64,000 nt of DNA from Candidatus Uhrbacteria bacterium (lineage in GTDB: Bacteria > Patescibacteriota > Patescibacteriia > UBA9934), in contig JABHCP010000015.1 in the NCBI GenBank assembly GCA_018673485.1, positions 25,529-89,528 on the forward strand, read 5' to 3'. How positions within the stretch are numbered: the stretch's first letter is position 1; every line of letters begins with the position of its first letter. Below are positions 59,024 through 64,000 of the stretch, piece after piece. A program made the position numbers and the translations under genes. Below the pieces are notes generated by a model that worked only from the letters and a program-made list of their open reading frames with translations, was not told the origin of the DNA and ran no database searches.

Positions 59024-60602
59024 TGTGATTAAAAAAGGAGGAATAACTAAACTGATAGCGGCACTACTTTTTATAAGTATGTGTCCGCTCTCTGTTTTTG
59101 CAGAAACTCCCAACGATCCGGAGTATAGCGAACAGTGGTACTTGGGCATGGTCGATGCGCCTGAAGCGTGGGACATCGAAACAGGAGATGATGACATCGT
59201 TGTTGCAGTTCTTGATACTGGAGTTGATCTTGATCACCCGGACTTGGAAGATAATATTTGGGTGAATGCTGACGAGGTTCCTGACAACGGAATTGACGAC
59301 GATGGCAACGGGTACGTCGACGATTATTATGGTTGGGATTTTGTCGATGATGATAGTACGCCGATTCCAGATGTATCTAGTGGTGCTAATGAAGATGCGA
59401 TTTCGCACGGTACGGTTATTGCTGGGATCATTGCGGCTGTTGGTGATAACAATGAAGGTTTGACAGGAGTAGTTTGGGACGCGCAAATAATGGCCGTGCG
59501 CATGCTCGACAAGGTTGGTTCTGGTAATTCGGTTGACGCCAGGGAGGCAATTGAGTACGCGGTCGAAAATGGTGCGGATGTTATTAATTTAAGTTTTTCC
59601 GGAACAACTAATGATCCAGCGCTAAAGGCTGCGGTCCAAGAAGCGTATAATAATGGTGTGGTGATTGTGGCAGCATTAGGAAATGATGGAGTTAGCGTAA
59701 ATGATAATCCAGTTTATCCAGCATGTTACAGAAATGGCGCAAATGATTGGGTAATTGGCGTTGCGGCATCGAACAAATACGACAAGCACTCATTATTTTC
59801 TAATTATGGAAATTGCGCTGATTTGTCAGCCCCAGGCGAGGAAATGTATGGGCTCTTTTATTATGATCCAGCTAATGGGTTCACAGATCCATACGGAGAT
59901 GATTGGGCTGGAACATCAGTTGCGTCCCCAGTGGTAGCGGGAGCGGCTGCACTTTTGTTGTCAAAGTATCCAAGCTTAGACCCTGCCGCGATTAGAAATA
60001 TTTTGAAACTATCAGTGGATCCGATGGCTCTTTCAGGTGTTTATCGTGGGCAGTTTGGAGCAGGTCGACTCAATCTTAATCAGGCAGTCGAGATGGCTGC
60101 CAGTTATGCGTCAGAGGCTGATGATTCAGATAGTTCGGACGATTCAGAGTTTACCGAAACCTACATAACATCACCATCATTTTCAACGGTTTACTATATA
60201 ACAGAGGGTGGTGCACGCAGGCCATTTATGAATACTGATGCGTATTTTTCGTGGTCAGATACGTTTGGTGATATTGAGGAAGTGCTAGATGGTGATTTGG
60301 CAGATTATGCAATTGACGGAATTATGTTACCAAGAGCTGGAGTTGTTCTGGTGAAAATCCAAAGCGATCCAAGCGTTTATATGCTTGAGGAGGGTGATGA
60401 TCAATTGGTTCCGGTCTTGCGTAAGATCGCAACAGAAGAGATTGCAATAGAAATGTATGGTAGTAATTGGGCGGATTATGTAATAGACGTCGAGCCAACA
60501 TTTTTCAATAAGTTTGAATCGGGTGACGAGGTGGATGAAGCGATTCCAGTAGATAAGAGTATAATGAAAACACGCGCACAGCTTGCAGCGCTCGCGCTGT
60601 AA
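59010..60602 (+). CDS. S8 subtilisin-family peptidase with C-terminal KIQS domain
   Basis: Triad motifs VAVLDTG, HGT, GTSVASP; DDDGNGYVDD calcium loop. Confidence 0.93.
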   Translation: MNKNSVIKKGGITKLIAALLFISMCPLSVFAETPNDPEYSEQWYLGMVDAPEAWDIETGDDDIVVAVLDTGVDLDHPDLEDNIWVNADEVPDNGIDDDGNGYVDDYYGWDFVDDDSTPIPDVSSGANEDAISHGTVIAGIIAAVGDNNEGLTGVVWDAQIMAVRMLDKVGSGNSVDAREAIEYAVENGADVINLSFSGTTNDPALKAAVQEAYNNGVVIVAALGNDGVSVNDNPVYPACYRNGANDWVIGVAASNKYDKHSLFSNYGNCADLSAPGEEMYGLFYYDPANGFTDPYGDDWAGTSVASPVVAGAAALLLSKYPSLDPAAIRNILKLSVDPMALSGVYRGQFGAGRLNLNQAVEMAASYASEADDSDSSDDSEFTETYITSPSFSTVYYITEGGARRPFMNTDAYFSWSDTFGDIEEVLDGDLADYAIDGIMLPRAGVVLVKIQSDPSVYMLEEGDDQLVPVLRKIATEEIAIEMYGSNWADYVIDVEPTFFNKFESGDEVDEAIPVDKSIMKTRAQLAALAL

Positions 60603-60604
60603 GG

Positions 60605-60668
60605 TTTAAATTGATGAAATTGTTTAAGTTGTTTATTTAGAAGTAAACACTTTAAACATCTTAAACAA
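60605..60668. repeat. Family D 9-bp periodic inverted repeat
   Basis: ttgtttaagttgtttatttagaagtaaacactttaaacatcttaaacaa. Confidence 0.75.
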
Positions 60669-60704
60669 GTGAGGGCTCGGCCCGAGCTATAAAACGTTAT
60701 CCAT

Positions 60705-61724
60705 ATGCCTGAAGAAAAACAAAAGAAACTCGCAGTCGTCACCGGTGGCGCAGGATTTATTGGATCGTTTTTATGCGCTGAGCTTCTAAAGAAAAATTAT
60801 CGAGTGATTTGCATTGATGATTTCACAACTGGACATGTCCGAAATATTGATCCATTTTTGCGAAGTGTTGATTTTCAATTTTTGAAAGTGAACATCAACG
60901 AGCGATTCGATCTAGAAAGGTTCCCAGAACTTGAACCTTTTAAAATTCAGTTCACTGGTGTCGATGAGATTTATCACCTAGCTGTTCCTACATCAATTAA
61001 GAACTTTGATACTTTGAAAAAGAATACATTGCTTACGAGTTCTGCTGGTACTCAAAATATTCTTGAGCTCGCTGTTAAGTACAATTCAAAAGTCTTACTT
61101 GCATCAAGCTCGGTAGTTTACGGACCGCGCACTGAGGATCATAAGATATTTAAGGAGTCCGATATCGGATGCGTTGATCACTTAAACCCGCGTTCATGTT
61201 ATGACGAAGGTAGAAGATTCGCCGAGACAATGTTCTACACATATGGCGATGTACACAAGCTTGATTACAAAATAGCAAGAATCTTCAGAACTTACGGTCC
61301 GCACATGCCACTTTTTGACGGGCATCAAATTCCTGATTTTGTACTGCAAGCATTAAACGGTGAGGATGTTGTGGTCAACGGCACAGAGGAGTTTAAGACT
61401 TCGGTTGTTTACGTGACAGACGTAGTAGACGGAATGCTTCGACTTATGGGGTACCAAGGTGAGGAAAGAGTTATGAACTTTGGAAGTGATTTAGACCTAA
61501 AATTGGTCGAGATCGCTCAGAAAGTAATAGATTTAACTGGATCAAGCTCAAAGTTACGATTTGAGGAACAATTGGCATTTTTGTCAGAGCTCGGTTTGCC
61601 AGATATCAGTTTAGCTAAAGAAAAGCTCGGATGGTTACCGGTTGTGCAATTAGAGCATGGTTTACAGAAAACAGTTGAATATATTCGTGCAAATAAAATT
61701 CTATTGACTGGAGAGGGTAATTAG
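60705..61724 (+). CDS. NAD-dependent epimerase/dehydratase, UDP-glucuronate decarboxylase-like
   Basis: TGGAGFIGS, IYHLA, PRSCYDEGRR, ARIF-x-TYGP. Confidence 0.88.
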   Translation: MPEEKQKKLAVVTGGAGFIGSFLCAELLKKNYRVICIDDFTTGHVRNIDPFLRSVDFQFLKVNINERFDLERFPELEPFKIQFTGVDEIYHLAVPTSIKNFDTLKKNTLLTSSAGTQNILELAVKYNSKVLLASSSVVYGPRTEDHKIFKESDIGCVDHLNPRSCYDEGRRFAETMFYTYGDVHKLDYKIARIFRTYGPHMPLFDGHQIPDFVLQALNGEDVVVNGTEEFKTSVVYVTDVVDGMLRLMGYQGEERVMNFGSDLDLKLVEIAQKVIDLTGSSSKLRFEEQLAFLSELGLPDISLAKEKLGWLPVVQLEHGLQKTVEYIRANKILLTGEGN

Positions 61725-61739
61725 CGCTAACCTTTGGGT

Positions 61740-62417
61740 ATGAAGACGGTTGCCATTATCCCAGCTTACAACGAGGAGTCGCGTGTGGCAGATGCTGTGC
61801 GCGATGCTTCTTGTTTTGTCGATCATGTGGTTGTTGTTGATGATTGTTCATACGACCAAACATTTGATGAGGCATATAGCTCAGGCGCATATGCTTTACG
61901 CCACGTGCTCAATCGTGGGCAGGGGGCCGCATTGCAAACTGGAACTAGTTTTGCGCTTAAAAATCTTAATCCTGATGTTATTGTCCACTTTGATGCGGAT
62001 GGACAGATGCAAGGTAGGGATATCCCCAAGATGATTGATCTGCTGAGCAATTCTGATGTGGATGTTGTGCTTGGGTCGAGGTTTTTGCATGGTTGCCCAG
62101 ATATGCCACTTTCGCGCAAAATCACTCTCAAGCTTGCGATTATATTCACACTTGTAGTTTCTGGAATAAAGCTCTCTGACGCTCATTGCGGTTTCAGGAT
62201 TCTATCAAAGAGCGCCGCAAAGAGGATTTGTATCACCCGTGATCGTATGGCGCACGCCTCCGAGATCCTTGATCTCATAAAAGTAAACCGACTTAAGTAT
62301 ACTGAATGCCCGGTGGACATAAAATATTCAGATGAAACGCTAGCCAAAGGTCAGTCATCACTTGGAGCGATAACAATTGTAAAAGATCTTATAAAAAGTA
62401 AATTCTTCGATGTTTAA
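61740..62417 (+). CDS. Glycosyltransferase family 2 (polyprenol-phosphate glycosyltransferase-like)
   Basis: IPAYNEE, VDD-x-S-x-D, N-x-GQGAAL, DADGQ, GSRF. Confidence 0.92.
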   Translation: MKTVAIIPAYNEESRVADAVRDASCFVDHVVVVDDCSYDQTFDEAYSSGAYALRHVLNRGQGAALQTGTSFALKNLNPDVIVHFDADGQMQGRDIPKMIDLLSNSDVDVVLGSRFLHGCPDMPLSRKITLKLAIIFTLVVSGIKLSDAHCGFRILSKSAAKRICITRDRMAHASEILDLIKVNRLKYTECPVDIKYSDETLAKGQSSLGAITIVKDLIKSKFFDV

Positions 62418-62422
62418 TAAAA

Positions 62423-62494
62423 CAGTATGCAGTAGGCAGTAGGCAGCATAAGTTCTTAACTACATTCTACATTCTACTTTCTACTCTCTATTCT
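62423..62494. repeat. Family E heptamer tandem repeats in inverted arrangement
   Basis: cagtatg-cagtagg-cagtagg-cagcat ... ctacatt-ctacatt-ctacttt-ctactct-ctattct. Confidence 0.75.
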
Positions 62495-62500
62495 AAAAAT

Positions 62501-62842
62501 ATGATTTTCCAAATACTACTTATCGCCTTTGCATTTTTTGCACTTGCGATTACAACCAAACAATATCGAAGGCGTAAGGTGAGTTTGTACTGGTACATTC
62601 TTTGGACATTGCTCTGGCTCGCTGTGATCATCGTCGCTTTGCTGCCACAGGCTACAGATCCACTGGCGCAATTGGTGGGAGTAGAGCGTGGTGCGGACTT
62701 ATTGGTTTACATTGCGATTGTTGTTTTGGCCTACGGACTTTATCGTGTGTTAGTTAGATTGGAGAAAGTTCAAAAAGAAATTACCGAAGTTGTACGAAAA
62801 GTAGCGATCGATAAGGTACAGGAACCAAAAAAAGATGAGTAG
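62501..62842 (+). CDS. DUF2304 family membrane protein
   Basis: W-x-x-x-W, P...A-x-x-x-GV-x-RG-x-D, IT-x-x-VR; follows a GT2 gene. Confidence 0.88.
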   Translation: MIFQILLIAFAFFALAITTKQYRRRKVSLYWYILWTLLWLAVIIVALLPQATDPLAQLVGVERGADLLVYIAIVVLAYGLYRVLVRLEKVQKEITEVVRKVAIDKVQEPKKDE

Positions 62843-63914
62843 ACCAAAAGTAGCAATAATATATTTGTGCCACAACGATCTTCGGTATGTACCGGAGGTT
62901 GTTGAGTCATGGCATGATCAGACGTACCAGAAAGATAGGTTGGCAACTTTGATGATTCCAAATGGAGCAACAGACGGCGTTCAGGATTTAATTAAATCAG
63001 ATATCTTACCTCGATCAAAAAAAGATTTGCCGGAGATGGTGATGATTGATGATGGGGTTAATCATGGATTTGCAGGCGGTAACAATCTTGGTATTAAGTG
63101 GGCGATCGATCACGGATTTGATTACGTTTTTTTAAATAACGGAGATTTAAAGTTAGACCCTAAGGCGATTGAAAAGCTCGTTGAAGTGATGGAATCAGAT
63201 TCTGGCATTGGATCTGCACAGAGTTTTGTTCGATTTTGGAAAGAGCCTGAAATGGTAAATGTCACGGGTGGAGTTATGCATGTGGCAGGGTTCGGTTACG
63301 CCCGCGATAACGGATCTAACATTTCAGATGTTAAAAGAAAGAATGGTGAAGAGATAATGTACGCATCTGGCGCGGCTGTGATGTATCGACTAAGCGCACT
63401 AAAAAAAGTTGGTTTTCTTGAGGAGGGTTTTTTCATGTATCACGAAGATTTAGAGCTTGGACTGAGGCTTAGGTTCGCAGGATATAAAAACGTACTTTGC
63501 ACAGAGTCTCATGCATTTCATGACTACAGCTTTGGGAGGAATCCAAAAAAATTCCAGTGGATGGAAACGTATCGATATATAGTTTTATTCTCGTACGCAA
63601 AGTTTCGATCATTGTTGCTATTAGTTCCGATGCTAAAATTTGTTGAATGCGGTATGTGGGCGATGTCATTAAAAGGAGGTTGGCTGGGTAGTAAGCTCAA
63701 AGCAAATATTGAACTTTGCAAGCCAAGCACTCTAGGGCTTTTATGGAAAATGCGTCAGCGTGCGCAGAGTCTTAGAACAATCGATGATAAAGATTGGATG
63801 AAAATGCTTTCGCCAAAAATAGAAGCGCAGGAAGTTGAGTCTGAGATTACCACTATTGGCAACTCAATCATTTCATGGATGTGGAAAATTATTTTGCCGT
63901 TAATCCGATGGTAA
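62835..63914 (+). CDS. Glycosyltransferase family 2 (rhamnosyltransferase-like)
   Basis: N-x-GFAGGNN, LN-x-D, SGAA, FFMYHED. Confidence 0.9.
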   Translation: MSRPKVAIIYLCHNDLRYVPEVVESWHDQTYQKDRLATLMIPNGATDGVQDLIKSDILPRSKKDLPEMVMIDDGVNHGFAGGNNLGIKWAIDHGFDYVFLNNGDLKLDPKAIEKLVEVMESDSGIGSAQSFVRFWKEPEMVNVTGGVMHVAGFGYARDNGSNISDVKRKNGEEIMYASGAAVMYRLSALKKVGFLEEGFFMYHEDLELGLRLRFAGYKNVLCTESHAFHDYSFGRNPKKFQWMETYRYIVLFSYAKFRSLLLLVPMLKFVECGMWAMSLKGGWLGSKLKANIELCKPSTLGLLWKMRQRAQSLRTIDDKDWMKMLSPKIEAQEVESEITTIGNSIISWMWKIILPLIRW

Positions 63915-63917
63915 TTA

Positions 63918-63993
63918 TTGTTTAAGTTGTTTAAAATGCTTAAAGTGTTTATTTCGAAATAGACAATTTAAATATCTTCAACATTTAAACATT
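63918..63993. repeat. Family D 9-bp periodic inverted repeat
   Basis: ttgtttaaaatgcttaaagtgtttatttcgaaatagacaatttaaatat; close to the reverse complement of 4193-4251. Confidence 0.75.
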
Positions 63994-64000
63994 TTGGAAT

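Overview
Chromosomal segment of a Patescibacteria (CPR) bacterium, probably class ABY1 (Uhrbacteria/Magasanikbacteria-like). The taxonomy is inferred from gene content and style; genetic code 11. Core genes: dnaE (5'-truncated), thrS, miaA, gatB, secE-nusG, rplK, rplA, gyrB, rodA, rplY, rpmE-prfA-prmC. Also present are a surface/glycosylation block (O-antigen-ligase family, GT4/GT2 enzymes, ECF sigma with DUF5667 partner, a 1400-aa S-layer-like protein, an S8 protease), an intact IS30 in a terminator, five families of short palindromic or periodic repeats, and stand-alone GC-rich orphan genes including two myxobacterial-style MopE-repeat lipoproteins. Three things stand out. (1) A rewired pyrimidine cluster: the 'ThyA' has Asp at the dUMP-specifying Asn177 position (the dCMP-specific signature), sits in an operon with DHFR, a dCMP-deaminase/NDT fusion and a Nudix hydrolase, and lies near a Dcd homolog lacking its catalytic Glu. 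This suggests dTMP synthesis via 5-methyl-dCMP. (2) A transcriptional T-box riboswitch with an ultrashort Stem I ahead of thrS. (3) A ~1.15-kb hairpin-dense unit behind a consensus promoter that holds only tiny SD-led ORFs (candidate large ncRNA or micropeptide array). All functional calls come from motif reading by eye; no searches were run.
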